This document shows, piece by piece, positions 12,847 to 27,243 of a stretch of 64,000 bases of DNA. The stretch covers positions 85,436,001 through 85,500,000 of the forward strand of contig OZ024742.1 of the NCBI GenBank assembly GCA_964016885.1. The letters run 5' to 3'. The notes under the pieces were generated by a model, which was given only the letters and a program-made list of their open reading frames with translations, was not told the DNA's origin and made no database searches. Source of the DNA: Eledone cirrhosa. Lineage: Eukaryota. The position numbers were made by a program, and so were the translations under genes. Each line of letters starts with the position of its first letter. Within the stretch, counting starts at the first letter, position 1.

Positions 12847-14817
12847 CACTGGTCAACAAAAGAATATTCATTTCATAGTTCTGGTATAATTTAGTATGAT
12901 TCTAGGGTAATCAAGTGTACAGAATCTAAATATGACAACGGTTAAGCTGTATCGGGTCTAGTTTTCGAGAACCAGCATATTAATGTTTATGACCGATAGC
13001 TATGTGGGTCATATTACTTCATCCAATTGTATCCACTATATATAGTTGTTAACAATTTATACTTACTGCTTTTGTTTCAGATCACGGAATTGTAACTATC
13101 CTCAGCTATTCTTGGATAATTCACAACAACTTTGACTAGTGGGAGAGATGGAACGCCGGAAATGTGTAAATGACCCGGACCGATTTTGCTATATTTCTGG
13201 ACTTTATCCCAGAAAGCATAAAGAAACCAATCACAAAGGCAGTTCGAGTAAACTACAGATGCTACTTCAAATGTCCATTAGGACACCAGGACAAGAAATA
13301 TGCGTCTCATATAGCGTGTAGGTCATGTGTTAATCATCTAAGTGAATGGAAGAATGGGAAACGAAGCTCTGATTTGCCATTTGCCGTACCAAAGGTGTGG
13401 CGAGAACCAAAAGACCACAATAACGATTGCTATTTCTGCCATATAAACATCCAATGAATAACTGTGAAGACACGAACTACACTTCAATATGCCGATATCT
13501 CGTCAGCAATCCGACCAGTACCTCACAGTGACGAATTACCTGTTCCAGTTCCACCTGCTGAATACTAGCTAATCTCTGATTCTGATTCCAGTAGCACCCC
13601 TATTTATGATGACTATCAAGATGAACATGAGACAAGTGAACCCATACCATTTAACCAGGAAGCTCTTCACGATCTCATTAGAGACCTACATTTGTCTAAA
13701 GAAAAAGCAAAGCTCCTGGGATCAAGAGTGAAGCAACGAAACCTGCTGGAACCTGGCGTCCGCATTACAACCGCTCGTCATCGTCATAAACAACTTAATT
13801 AGTCTACTTCTAGGTCTTCAGACCGGTTACACAAAGCATATGCGTTTTCTATGTTTGTGGATTAGTAGAGCAGATGCAGAGCACTACATAAAGAAGGATT
13901 GGCCAACAAGACCAAAGGATACACCCGGTAGATTCAACTGTCTGTGCAAATCTCTCGTGGATCCAGAAAAAAGTATTCCTCCCTCCATTATATCTCAAAT
14001 TAGGCTCGGCCAAAAACTTTATTAAAAGCATGGATCATACAGGTAATGGGTTTCAGTACTTGTGTAAGAAATCGGATAGAGTGGTATCTGAAGCAAAGTT
14101 AAACGCAGGGGTTTTGAATGGTCCTCAGATTCGTATGCTGGTTAATGATAGTGAGTTTACGAAAACACTAAACCCTTTGGAGACTAATGCATGGAAATTA
14201 TTTGTAGATGTGACACATAACCTTCTTGGAAACGACCGTGCAGACAACTATAAAGAAATTGTTGAAACCATGATACAAAATTATCGCAGTCTGGGTTCAC
14301 GAATGTCGGTGAAGCTTCATTTCTTCCATTCTCATCTGGATTTCTTCCCAAGTAATCTAGGAGACATCAGTGATGAACATGGAGAGAGGTTTCACCAGGA
14401 CATTGCCATAATGGAGAGTAGGTATCAGGGTCAGTTCAATCCCAACATCATGGGCGACTACTGCTGGACACTGCAACGTGAGGAGAGCCAGCAAAACAAG
14501 CCTAAAAGCAAAATCCAGAAATTATTTTAGAAATGTTTTGAAATATTTTCTTATGTTCAGAATGTTGTTCAGAAATGTTTTGTTAATATACTAAGTGTTA
14601 AAAAAATAAATAAAAATATGTTTATATATTTTTATTACTAAGTTAATATGTTTATATCTAAGTCATCATATGTTACACAATGGATAATTAATGCAATACG
14701 AGGAACATATTTTCTATTTCATATTAAGGCATTCTGGTCCGATAGCAAACAAATGAATATCAAAACTGAATTTAGTGCTATGAAATTAGTAAGAACCATT
14801 TTGGCTGTTGACCAATG
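12847..14817 (+). mobile_element. Chapaev3-type (CMC group) DNA transposon, internally deleted
   Basis: Terminal inverted repeats CACTGGTCAACA / TGTTGACCAATG. 3-bp TAA target-site duplication (12844-12846 and 14818-14820). Transposase remnants inside. Confidence 0.85.
13149..14530 (+). pseudogene. Chapaev3-like transposase remnant
   Basis: N-terminal Cys-rich region (CVNDPDRFCYI, HIACRSC, VWREPKDHNNDCYFC) and C-terminal SVKLHFFHSHLDFFP, SDEHGERFHQDI, RYQG, DYCW. Contains frameshifts, stops and a central deletion near 13800. Confidence 0.88.
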
Positions 14818-15377
14818 TAATTGATGAAATATGATTTGTTTCCCTATTATATTTTGTAGAATATTAAGTGCTGTCTCTTACGTATTCGACTCTCGGAAAG
14901 TTAGGTTGGTCGAGTAATTGCAAATATCGAAAAAATAACCATTTAAGCAACCTTAGAATCATTAACTAGACTTAGAAATCTATATTACATCTCGTTTCGA
15001 TGTAGCCTTGTTTTGGATGATTGATTTATTTCTGAATATATTTTGTTGTTTGAGCCTTAGGTCAAAACTAACTAAGCAGAGCACTAGTCTGTAATATCGA
15101 TGTGTATAAAAAGAATGTCGATACTGTGAAATAGAAAGTCTAAGTGAAGAAAAGATCAGAAATATTTAGGGAGACGCTTAGATTGCAACAGAACAAATAT
15201 ATCATTCTGATAAAATCTTTAGTCAGAAATAGATATGAACTTCAAAAGATTCTATTTTGAAATGGATATAGATTTATTGATTTTAAGACATTTATATGAA
15301 AATTGCATATTTGAATATATTCAAAATAATAGTTTCAATATATATGCCTATACACATATACATGCACAGACACACAC

Positions 15378-15477
<100 letters not shown>

Positions 15478-15879
15478 TGTGAGCAACGGTCAGCGGATGT
15501 ATTATTGGATGAATGTTTAAGCTTAGATACTGGATGAAAGTGTACTTACCAAGTATTATGTACTCTCTGCAGTCAAATATCATGCTGGATTTACCAGTTG
15601 TTTGTTTAATTCGTGAGTATGAAATAGCATGTATTTATTTCATCCAGTATCTGCCACATGGTGGTAATTATAGTGAGCAGGATTTGTGAAATAATTATAG
15701 ACGTTTGGCGGCTGTTTCTCATGCAATGTTTCATTAATTAATTAAAAATTCTAACACGCGTTTTGATTAATACCTGCTAAATTTAAATTTGTAATTTGTT
15801 AATACATAAACACTTACTTAGCAATGCTTTGGAGGATATTATAATTAAAGCTCACCAATTTGATATTCAAATGATTTAT

Positions 15880-17540
15880 TTGGACATTGTCGAAGAAATT
15901 ATTAAATAGGTAAATGTTGACCAGTCATCATTTGAGTATAGACTCCATAAATTTGATGATGACTGTGTTCCATTCAGCACTGTATTTATTATAAACGTTA
16001 TTGTTAGGATGTGGTGTCTAATATTTAAGTATAATTTAAGATATAGATACGCGGGATTGTAATATGTGTAGCCCGTGGTGGCGTGTCCAAACGTCCGAGT
16101 ATTGCTGATGCGAATATAGTAATTAAGCATATTTAAGAATTAAGATAAGGGCAATCTTATCTAACCCCATTTAGTTAGTGGGTATGGCTTGAATGCATCG
16201 TATCTTCTAGCATCTGCGTGGACCATGTTAGGTTAAACTCTAATGTTTCTATAGTTCTAAAGGAAGGCGGTATTCGGCTGTGAGTTAAGATATTTTATTA
16301 CAGAGGTATAGATGTTTTATTGTGGGAAGTAATATTGATGTGCATTAAAGGCTATGAATTATTGCTGTATCTAGTTAATGCCGTTTTGATGTTCTTTCAT
16401 GGCTATACCTTGAGTGTAGGAGATAGAGATTCCGAATTGCGATGATGGTTGTTTTGGGGGTCATATTATCCGAGTAAAGGAGTTTGGTGTCTTGGGGTAA
16501 TATCATACATTATTTTCAACATTTTCAATGTTTATAGATTGAAATACCTCTTGTCGTATAGGTAGAGTTTGGTTTGTTGCGATATATTGTTAAAATATAT
16601 TGTTTTAGTTCGGTTCTTTTGTGGTCCATACGTACAGTGATTGGTTATTGGCTGGGGCAACATTATACTAGTGTTGTGTTTCATTGCCTGTTCTGGATTC
16701 CTTTGTAGCATTATGGATCTGTATGGCATTCCGAGAAGCTAGGTTGTGTTCAGTGCATATTTCCTTTTTGTTTTGTTTTCTACGATCCAGTTAATGGCCG
16801 TCGCTATGAAACAAATCCCAGAGAATGTAATATAAATTTCTGGGGTTAAAAATGATATCCCATCCACAATACATGTATATCTAGAGGAAAACAGTATTGC
16901 GAGATAGGTACAAGTCAATAAAAGTGTCTATCACTGGTAAAAGTCTCCATATGGATCCCAGTAAGAATGTAAAATTCGTATTGATTTGTTTGATTAAGAG
17001 ATAAGCTTTTCATTCAATTTTAAAATATTACAAATACTTAATGAATCAACAACGAAAATATCCACTTCTAACACCATGAACAATGAGACCTTTATAACAT
17101 TTTAAAAAGTAAATGAGTAAATCATTATGGCAAAACAAACCCTTATGGCAACAAAAGGAGATTACCACTGGCCCCTGACTTTTCAATATCTGACACTGCA
17201 AGGAGTAAATTAAAATGCATGCACCCCTGCAGCAAATATCGAAAGCAAGCAAATACAACCTCCGACTCAGCTCCATTGATGCCCCACAAAACATTTAAAG
17301 ACAACAAAATAGCATACAAAATGTTGAGCATTATAACAAATATGAATAGTGCGTAAATGCTTCCTAATGTGCGTGAGAATATGGTATACAAATATGAGGG
17401 AATCCACCTGTAACATAAACAATATATCACATCAAGCCCAACTAATTTCTAAAAGCACCACATGACCTTTAAATACCCAAACCAGTAGAAATCCACTAAA
17501 TCTGCGAAAACATCAGGCATCTGAAACAAGATGGCGTAGT
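15880..17540. mobile_element. Highly degenerate PLE reverse-transcriptase (minus strand) and GIY-YIG (plus strand) relics
   Basis: Scattered resemblance to NLYTS, FLDL and NVIY..C..C..YVGE motifs across broken frames. The evidence is weak. Confidence 0.35.
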
Positions 17541-19674
17541 ATATATGGTGACATCAAAATTGCCCCTCTCTCTCTATCTATCTGTCTATCTAATTCTATT
17601 TCCATCTGTCTGTTTTTTGTATCTTTATTAAAACTTTTCATTTATATTGAGTACACGACACCATGGATATATTTATGAAACTATTTCTAAAAACGTCGTC
17701 TCATGGATCGTGTACGCACAGCACCCGCGCGGAGGTTTGGCAAAATACATTCCTAATTCTCCTAATATAACTTATTCGAAGCTCCCCCAAACGTTCGGCT
17801 TAGAAACGTGGAAGGCAAGTTACCTTCAGCAGGTAATTCCAGGATTTCAGGCTTAATGCATTAGCAGGACCAGGTAGTTTCCCATCGAAAGGCAGTGTCC
17901 ACTATCTCAGCCGTTTATATGGTCAAACAGCTTAAAGACGGGCATTAGCTTTCGACGGTAATCTATCTTTTACTGCTAATACCTTTAACCTAAATCTTGG
18001 AATTATCTACTTGAAAACTTTCCAATTCTCTAATAAGCACATCGTCCTATCATATAGAACAATCAGGCTTGTCTTATATACCCACAACCACGTACTAGAT
18101 ACAATAATGCAGTCCAATGTATTCACCCAATCTAATATGGCTGATATTTATCGATCGATATTACAGGGAGTTACTCGATAATGATATATTTGATTTTGAA
18201 CATCCGGTTATATGCCACTGAAGGGTCTGTCCTGCTAAGGAAATCCGCAACAAATGATCTGTTTGTGTTCCTATGGCACAATTTGATAGCGTTGATGTTT
18301 GTGGTTGTGTGGGTCTCTGTATTCTAGATCCAGTATGGGTTAAATTCCCGAACTATTAATATCATCAGAACAAAACATGGACATAGTTGGACATGTCGAA
18401 AAACCGATTTAAAAACAGTTTCCTAAATCATGAAATGCATTTAAGACACACAGACGAAAGAAATACCGCGTAACTGGCAAGGTAAGTATTACAACTCAAT
18501 GATATGTGTAACAATTGTAAACAATTCTCCTTACAATCGAAAACAGAAAAACAGCCTGGATCCAAATCTGCAATTTTAGCATATCCTCAAAATAGCAACA
18601 GATTTTTAAACACTAGCCTGTTTCTTTTTTTTATTTACTGTACTCATGCTTCAAAGTAACTTGTAAAGACATGGCACACTTCAATAGTTAATTTCTTTAA
18701 TTATTACATTTTATCCAGTTTTCAAATATCATATAAAAGAGATTTAGCTCCACTTTTATTGTTACGTTCTTTATAAAATAAATAACATTTGAAAGTTTAT
18801 TTCACTGTAAACTACAACCCACTAAAACACAGAACAATTCTATATTTTCCCCTAACAGAAAATTTCTTTTTCGTGTAAAATCACGTTGAATAAATTCGGG
18901 TAGCTCCAAACAAAAGCATGTCTTGGCCTTTCTCCGTTTTATGTCTCGTTGTAGTATTGAATCTAATTATATTAATATATGTATATTCGTTGCCTTATCC
19001 TCTCTGTGTTGATTTTTCTAAGTTTATCATTACTAATCTGTGACCAACATGTTCTCTTCACTCTCTTTGAATGGCTCACAGATTTTAACACGATAATTTG
19101 CTTTCTTCTTCGTACAATTTTACATCTTTAATCTTTTTTTAGAGTCTCGTGCTGTAAGAGGCACAGTATCTGTTTCTTGTCATCACGTAACATTCTATGT
19201 ATACATGTAATCGCTTCATTATTACTCGTCTCTTACTCCAGAGGACAGGGTTTGATTTATGTCAAACATTGTGACACCGGGGTGATCAGCGGTAACGTTG
19301 GTAAGGGTCTAAACTTCCAATTTCATCACAATGGCCAATGATCCTGTAGTTATGTATATTTCGATTGTATTTTAATTTTCAAAAAATATATTTTTAAGGT
19401 TTCCTGTTAAATAAATTCATTTTTCTTTTTGCCTTGTACTGTTCATTGCGTTGTCCTATCTAATAATTACCTTGAGTTTATATATATATATATATTGTAT
19501 TATGAAACATGTTAAGAATACATGACAACTAGATATGCTTCAATCAGATTTTCTCGGATTAACTTCCAATTATTTAAGAAATGGTGATTATTATGATGTT
19601 AGATAAGAACAGATTCGGCAGGGAATCTAAAGATTATTGAACGTAGGTTGAAAGCAGTATCTCCTTTATAAATA

Positions 19675-19823
<149 letters not shown>

Positions 19824-20652
19824 ATTCACAAAAATCAAAGCTACATTCAAAGCATTTGTTCACTTACAATTGTTTCATCCAAACCTAGGCTTGGACTTTT
19901 CGGACCATTTTTCAATATTTGTACACATAATTGACCTCCTTTCCAACGCAAGAGACATACAGATACATATATATATATATATTGATGTACATTGGAGTGA
20001 CATATATTATACTATATTATTTCTGCATAGAAATTGAAAATCAAAATCAAAATTAAAATTAAAACAAAATTAAAACAAAATTAAAATACATTCGACAGTT
20101 AACACAGATAATGCAAGACGATAGTTTGTTAGTCAGATGTAGTAGTTAGTGTATGCTTTAGTTACATGAATGTGAAAATGGTGGTGGATACGAAAACCAT
20201 AACTTTCTTTTGTTTCTCCTTTTTATTTTTATTTTTCTGCACACATACTTTTTTATTATATACAACAAATACCTTACCACTACATCCACCATAATACTCT
20301 TACTCGCTTAAAGTGCTTGTATTACATGTAACACCCTGCCACACAATAATCATATATAAATGAGACACACTTGCATGTCCCACGTGTAACTAACGCATAC
20401 ATTAACTACTCCATCTGACTAACAAACTGTCCTCTTGCATTATCTGTGTTAACTGTCGAATGTCTTTTAATTTTGTTTTAATTTTGTTTTAATTTTAATT
20501 TTAATTTTGATTTTGATTTTGAATTTGAATTGCTATACAGAAATAATATAGTACAATATATGTCACTCCACTGTACATCAATATATATATATGTATATGT
20601 ATGTCTCTTGCGTTGGAAAAGAGGTCAATTATGTGTACGAACATTGAAAAAT

Positions 20653-20697
20653 GCTCCGAAAACTCCAAGCCTAGGTTTGGATGAAACAATTGTAAGT
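20653..20697 (+). ncRNA. HHR-like motif with variant core in the pLTR (copies at about 19862-19906 minus and 25124-25168 plus)
   Basis: gct-CCGAAAA-(c/g)tccaagc ctag gtttggat-GAAA-caattg-TA-agt. Stems II and III are palindromic. The core deviates from CUGANGA. Confidence 0.5.
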
Positions 20698-20972
20698 GAA
20701 TAAATGCTTTGAACATAGCTTTGATTCTTGTGAATTCTATATAACTGCTCTGTAGAACAACTGATGTTATTACATTGAGCTATTTATCTTACTGGTAATA
20801 ATGTAGTAATAAATTACTGACCTTCACTGTTTAGGGTTTAATATATACATAACTATAAACAGTTTTAGTATATACATAACCATAAATAGTATCCTTAATA
20901 TTATTAACTGCTCCATAGTGTTGAGTTAACATACAATAAATTACCAGTATACTGATCAAAGACCAACTCCCT

Positions 20973-23548
20973 ATGTCAACCAAGAACATACCAATACCAT
21001 CCAAGGATACATACGAGATATTATTGATCAACAGTGTCAACTTCTTTTATCAATAGAGTGAGATGGATGACATTCCATTATGATAAAAACAAATCTAACA
21101 AAGTTGATAATACTAAAAAATTCGACTCCTTCGGCTTTAAAACTTTTAGAAGCCCCCCTCACAACACACTACTAAACTCCTTTGAAAATGACCTAATAAA
21201 ACTAGTTAAGAACATTAAATACAAAAAGCATCGTAATAAAACAACACCTTCTTAAACAAACTTAACTCCTCTATTAATGGATTCAAAACAAGTAGTAAAA
21301 TTATTGTGCATGCGGACAAAACTAATAACAAATACAGCCTAGATTATGATACATAAAGAAAGTTTATATATAATGAACTACATAAGAGCTACAAGAAAAC
21401 TACTATGAAAAACTTAGAAGAAATTAATATAGAAGGTCGTAGTATAGTGTCCAAACTAGGACTTCAGAGACATACACAACCATACACCCCAAACTCCCCT
21501 AGATTCTCTCTGAAGGACCATAAGGAGGATTTCATTAGCAACCCCTCGATTAGACTAATCTGCCCTTCCAAGTCTGACATTGGCATTATCAGTAAGACAA
21601 TTTTAGATAAAATCATCCCACTGATTAAACACAAAATATAACTTAAACAATGGCGAAATACAGGTGAAGTTATTGAATGGTTTAAGGATATCAAGGAAAA
21701 CAAAGATAAATAATTTATTCAACTTGAAATCAATTCATACTACACCTCTATTTCCCCTATCCTATTAAATAAGGAAGTAATTATGGCCATGATAAATAGT
21801 GACCTGACTAGACTCCAGATTGATGTCATACTTGCGGCCCGTAAACCGTAATCACTTTTGAAGACCAGTTATTTACCCGCAAAGATACGCATAACAACTT
21901 CGACATAACCATGGGATCTAGTGACTCGGCGCAGGTCACTGATTTGGTGGGCCTGTACTTACTAAACGAAATCCATAAGGGCCTTCCATACATCAACGGT
22001 GGTTTGTACCGCGATGATGCACTTCTCCTTATAGACTATAACAAATTTAATATAGAAAGAACTAGAAACCTATTGCACAAGACTTTCAAAAACTATAACC
22101 TAAGTATCACCATAGACAAAAACACTAAAACCGTTAACTTCCTAGATGCCACCCTCTGCCTAGACTCTAGGATATATACACCATTCCATAAACCTAACGA
22201 AAAACTGATTTACGTAGATACCAAGTCTAACCACCCTAGATCAATATTAAACTATATCTCTAAGGGAATATCCAATAGAATCTCTAATCTATCTTATGAC
22301 GAAAACTTATTTAGCAAAAACTCACAATATTATAATCAGGCATTAGCTAGATCAGGCCATAATAATGAGATCGAGTTCCTACCTACAAAAACACATAGTT
22401 ACAACAATATTTCGCATAAAATGTCCATGAGGAAAAATAGTAATAAGAATAATAACCACACACACACTAGTACGAAGGGTAGCAACAAACGTAACCCACA
22501 CCAGGAAGGTCACCAAAATACCATAAACGGAAGCATCTCACGAGACATAAAAAACAAAAATAGAAGAAGAAATAATACATTTTTCAACCACCGTTTCAAT
22601 CTAAACGTCTCTACCAACCTACCTAAGGCTTTATTCTCACTCCTGAATAAAAACTTCCCATCTGGCCACAAGTACCATAGTCTTATAAACAAAAACATCA
22701 TTAAAATCTCCTACTCTACCACGCCTAACATAGCATACGACATAGCTAGTAGCAATAAAAGAAAAATTAATACTTACTTCCAACAAACTAAAACACGGCA
22801 GGGGGGAAACCTTCAAAACAACATTATATCTGCAAACCCTGATATCAATAGTAATAATAGTAATAGCACTAGTGAAATCAATAACGCAATGAACGACAAC
22901 CCCCGTTGCCATAATGCAATACCTAGCAACCAGACGTCTACACAACATAATAACCGGCAGCTTAGCATCCAAAATAATTGTGACTGTAGATCTAATAGAA
23001 CCTGCCCATTAGATAAAAACTGCTTAATCAAGGACATCATATACTCATGCACCGTCATAACTAACAACTCTTCTGAAACCTATATAGGCTCTACTTCGAA
23101 CTGCTTCAAAATCAGATACAATTCACACCTCCATTCTTTCAAAAAACACAGTCTAGCCAACCCCACTTCACTATCTAGCTACATACACTATCTAAAAACT
23201 AGAAATATATCTTATACACTTAAATGGGATGGGAAGTGATAGGTAAGGCGGCATCGTACAAACCACCTAATACATTCTGTAACCTCTGTCTACTAGAGAC
23301 CCATGCTATAATCTTCTCAAACCATAACCTCCTTAATAAAAAAAATCGGAAGTGTTTGCGTCGTGCCAGCACCGCTTCACGCACTCCTTCCAAAACTTTC
23401 AACCCAACATATACCAATGTCAGACTTGAACCCATCACCACTTCTAACACCACACCTCAAGGGCACACCTCACACCACAACTCCACACTCTCTGATCCAC
23501 CCTATCGCGACATATATCATTCCATCTATCTATAACTTTATACCCTAG
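20973..23548 (+). pseudogene. PLE RT-GIY-YIG polyprotein, frameshifted
   Basis: MSTKNIPIP, RVRW, ADKT, LKDHK, RLICPSKSDIG, MGSSDSAQVTDLVG, LYRDD, VNFLD, SNHP, CDCR..TCPL..C, YIGST, RY..H, CNLC, CQHR. Confidence 0.92.
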
Positions 23549-24806
23549 AAATATCCCGATAAACACCTACTTTTAGTATAATTACTTTCAATTACTTATA
23601 ATTATATAGTGATACAATACAGGCTATAAAACTTTAAATACCAGATTCGACAATGAATTATATATGCAATTGTATTTATATGTATGGAGTATTAACATTG
23701 GATATATATAAGATTAATTTATTAACATAAGAGATATGTCTAACTTATATGTTGATTGCAATGAATTATGTATGAATAGTATGTGAGTTATATATGCAAG
23801 TATAACTTGATGGATAGATTAATGACATTGTAAATGAGGGATGTATTTGTCTGCCCTAGAGATGTATTTGGTTTTGCCATGCAAACAGACATACGATGCT
23901 CAAGAACTTACCAGGGGTTATGTAGACATAATTCTAATAGTTCCCCTGACATGTTCTGAGAGTAGACTATATTTGCATTGAACTTTGAGATAAAGATATA
24001 GCTCTTTGTATGGAGTATTCAGTTGTAGCACTGTATGATAGGGAGTAATCATCCTAATATAGATACCTTTACTACATCATGATAGAGTAGACTGTATTTA
24101 AATTTGGAAACTGGATATAAATATATAACCGGCTATATAGGGGACTCAATTGAGGCGCCTTATAATGTATGTTAGAACAATGAATTTAGTTATGGAAATC
24201 AGCTAGTTACATCCCCTTACGCATTAACTCCCCTTAATTGCACACATACTTCCGGATAATAAACCGCTGTAAATTCTCGCAGCAGAATCAACCTATTCTA
24301 TAAATTTGGATTAAATATCACTGAGCCTCAATAAGCTAAAATAATTTAATTTAATGCATCAAACATCCAATACGAAATCATCGTTACTTATGTGATGGAT
24401 GTAAAAACACTATAAATTACTTTTCCTGAATGTGAAAATGGTGGTGGATACGAAAACCATAACTTTCTTTTGCTTCTCCTTTTTATTTTTATATTTCTGC
24501 ACACATACTGTTTTTATTATATAAAAAAAATACCTTACCACTACAACCACCATAATACTCTTACTTACCCGCTTAAAGTGCTTGTATTACATGTAACACC
24601 CTGCCACACAATAATCATATATAAATGAGACACACTTGCATGTCCCACGTGTAACTAACGCATACACTAACTACTCCATCTGACTAACAAACTATCCTCT
24701 TGCATTATCTGTGTTAACTGTCGAATGTATTTTAATTTGGTTTTAATTTTGTATTAATTTTAATTTTGATTTTGATTTTGAATTTGAATTGCTATACAGA
24801 AATAAT

Positions 24807-24995
24807 TGTTTCTACTTTTGGCACAAGGCCAGCAATTATCCAGTGCATTACTGGTACTTTATTTTATCGACCCCGTAAGGATGAAAGGCAAAGTTAACCT
24901 CGGCGGGATTTGAACTCAAACCATATAAAGGGGCGTAACTCTTTGCTGCAAAGCATAGCGTCAGACCCTCTACCGATACTGCCAATCCACCGCCC
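24807..24995 (-). mobile_element. tRNA-derived SINE inserted in the 3' pLTR
   Basis: A-box TGGCAGTATCGG and B-box GAGTTCAAATCC on the minus strand. 19-bp TSD attgc(t/c)atacagaaataat at 24788-24806 and 24996-25014. Confidence 0.92.
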
Positions 24996-25469
24996 ATTGC
25001 CATACAGAAATAATATAGTATAATATATGTCACTCCACTGTACATCAATATATATATATATATGTATCTGTATGTCTCTTGCGTTGGAAAGGAGGTCAAT
25101 TATGTGTACAAACATTGAAAAATGCTCCGAAAACTCCAAGCCTAGGTTTGGATGAAACAATTGTAAGTGAATAAATGCTTTGAACATAGCTTTGATTCTT
25201 GTGAATTCTATATAACTGCTCTGTGGAACAACCAATGTTATTACATTGAGCTATTTATCTTACTGGTAATAAGGTAGTAATAAATTACTGACCTTCACTG
25301 TTTAAGGTTTAAAATATACATAACTATAAAACGTTTTAGTATATACATAACCATAAATAGTATCCTTAATTTTATATATACATACATATATATGGAGGGA
25401 GATTGAGTGGGTGTGCGTAATAAGCAGTAGGAACGTAGTAATCAGACCAACTTGTGTATCTCGGTGATG

Positions 25470-25990
25470 GCAGCGCAGAGTAAGTGCAGTGGTGTTATCG
25501 TTCCCTTTGCCACGAGTGAGGTCGGCTTGGATCAGAATACGGTGTTATCCACGTCAAATGAAAAGGCCATGAAATGAGACTGAATCTCAAAATCTTGGGT
25601 TCGACAACATAGGCGCCGTAGACTGAGAAATTGGGAATAGATGATAAAGAGGTTAGTTTGCGTGGGGTCAGAGCAGGAGAAATCTAGGTAGGCATGGGAA
25701 TCCGAGCTCTTGAAGTAGGCGGCGGTGACGAGGGAGTGATTGGAGGGGTTAATAGTTACAGCGCTGTCTAGGAAGTTACCCGAGGAGGTGGAGATAGTGG
25801 TGAACTCGAGGAATAGGTGGAAAGAGTAGATAAAGAACAAAAAGGTAGTGAGCTGGGTTCGGGTGGTAGACGTGGTGGCAAAACAGACGTCAATGTACCT
25901 ACTGTACAGCTAGGGGTTGGGTCAGAGTATCGCAAAAAGCTCTGAGCCGTAACATAGTCGACGAATAAGTTGGCATAGCTGGGGCCCATT
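25470..25990 (-). mobile_element. PLE RT/thumb fragment (Neptune/Poseidon-like)
   Basis: MGPSYANLFV and YFKSSDSHAYLDFSCSDP...IYSQFLSLRRLC. Confidence 0.8.
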
Positions 25991-27058
25991 TGTGTGTGTG
26001 TATATGTATATGTGTGTGTGAGTGTGTGTGTATCCGTATGTAGTTGAGGGCTTTGAGAAAGGAATACACAATACCGAAGTAGAATTTAAATATTCCTTTT
26101 GTTTATGCTAAATAGTCATTACTTTTACTCTTAATTTTGCTCGCTTATTACGAGGGCCTCCGACAGGAAGAAATATTGTCTGATGTCCCGGTGATAAGCA
26201 GGCGAAACTCCGCATTAACAAGACTCTCTGCTTAGCATTAATACATATATATATATAAAGAACAAATTAATTGTTTTAGAGAAATCACGCTATACGAAGA
26301 AAATGATATTAAGATTTGTCGATGTTAATATTCACTTGATAACATCACAATAGAAAACGTATACGACAATTTTGTTTTATTTTTCAACAGGAAGCCATTA
26401 TAAAATAAGATCTGTTAATATGTTTTCATGAAACATCTTATTAATTTATAATAAATATATATATATACGTTATCTACCCTTTGTTTTTAAAAACACCAGC
26501 GTTCTTCACACGTTATTAATTCATATAATTTATACCGTCCGGATTATCTAAAATGAGTGAGTATGATTAATTCTCATAATTTAGTAAAATGTTCCTCTCA
26601 AACGAAAAGTTGACTTATTAAATATTCCTGAGATTGACGATAATTACATAATTAATAAATTAATTGAAATTATCGATTAAAATCATTAAATTAATTGAAC
26701 ATAGATAGAATACGGCCATTTTCTTATAAAGGCAAACTAATTGATCTTCCTTTCAATATTTATTTATGCACCTGTGATAATACATGTCTTTCAAATTTTC
26801 GGATCTTATATTCTGGAACTTACCTCCAATTCATTTGATCTGCATGTTTAATGAACGCAACAATACATTGGCAAAGCTACGAGGATATATAAATATAATT
26901 ATATATATATATATAAATAGAAAAAATGAAATTTCATTTCTCATTCTTAGTACGGCAGATACTTAAAAATAATATGTATACAGACGTACAGTAGCATATA
27001 TATACATACATACATGCACACATATATATATATATATGTACGTATGGTTTTACCGAAC

Positions 27059-27243
27059 ATTGGCAGTATCGGTAGAGGGTCGTACGCCATGCTTTCCAGC
27101 ATAGTTACGTCCCTTTGCGGTCTGAGTTCAAATCCCACCGAGGTTAACTTTGCCTTTCATCCTTACAGGGTCGATAAAATAAAGTACCAGTAATACACTG
27201 GATAATTGATGGCCTTGTGCCAAAAGTAGAAACATTTATTATA
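27059..27243 (+). mobile_element. tRNA-derived SINE copy
   Basis: tggcagtatcggtagag...ctgagttcaaatccc...gtcgataaaataaagtaccag...ggccttgtgccaaaagtagaaac; same family as 24807-24995. Confidence 0.9.

Noticed and set aside
21911-23239. 442-aa ORF as a functional gene or domesticated RT
   Set aside because: It is the middle fragment of a frameshifted PLE ORF; upstream RT motifs lie in other frames with stops.
20973-23548. Selenocysteine recoding as in Naiad PLEs
   Set aside because: The endonuclease is C-terminal, and the interruptions are frameshifts and TAA stops rather than UGA at Cys positions.
24807-24995. tRNA gene suggested by A and B boxes (all SINE copies)
   Set aside because: No cloverleaf; multi-copy with TSDs and a shared 3' tail, so these are SINEs.
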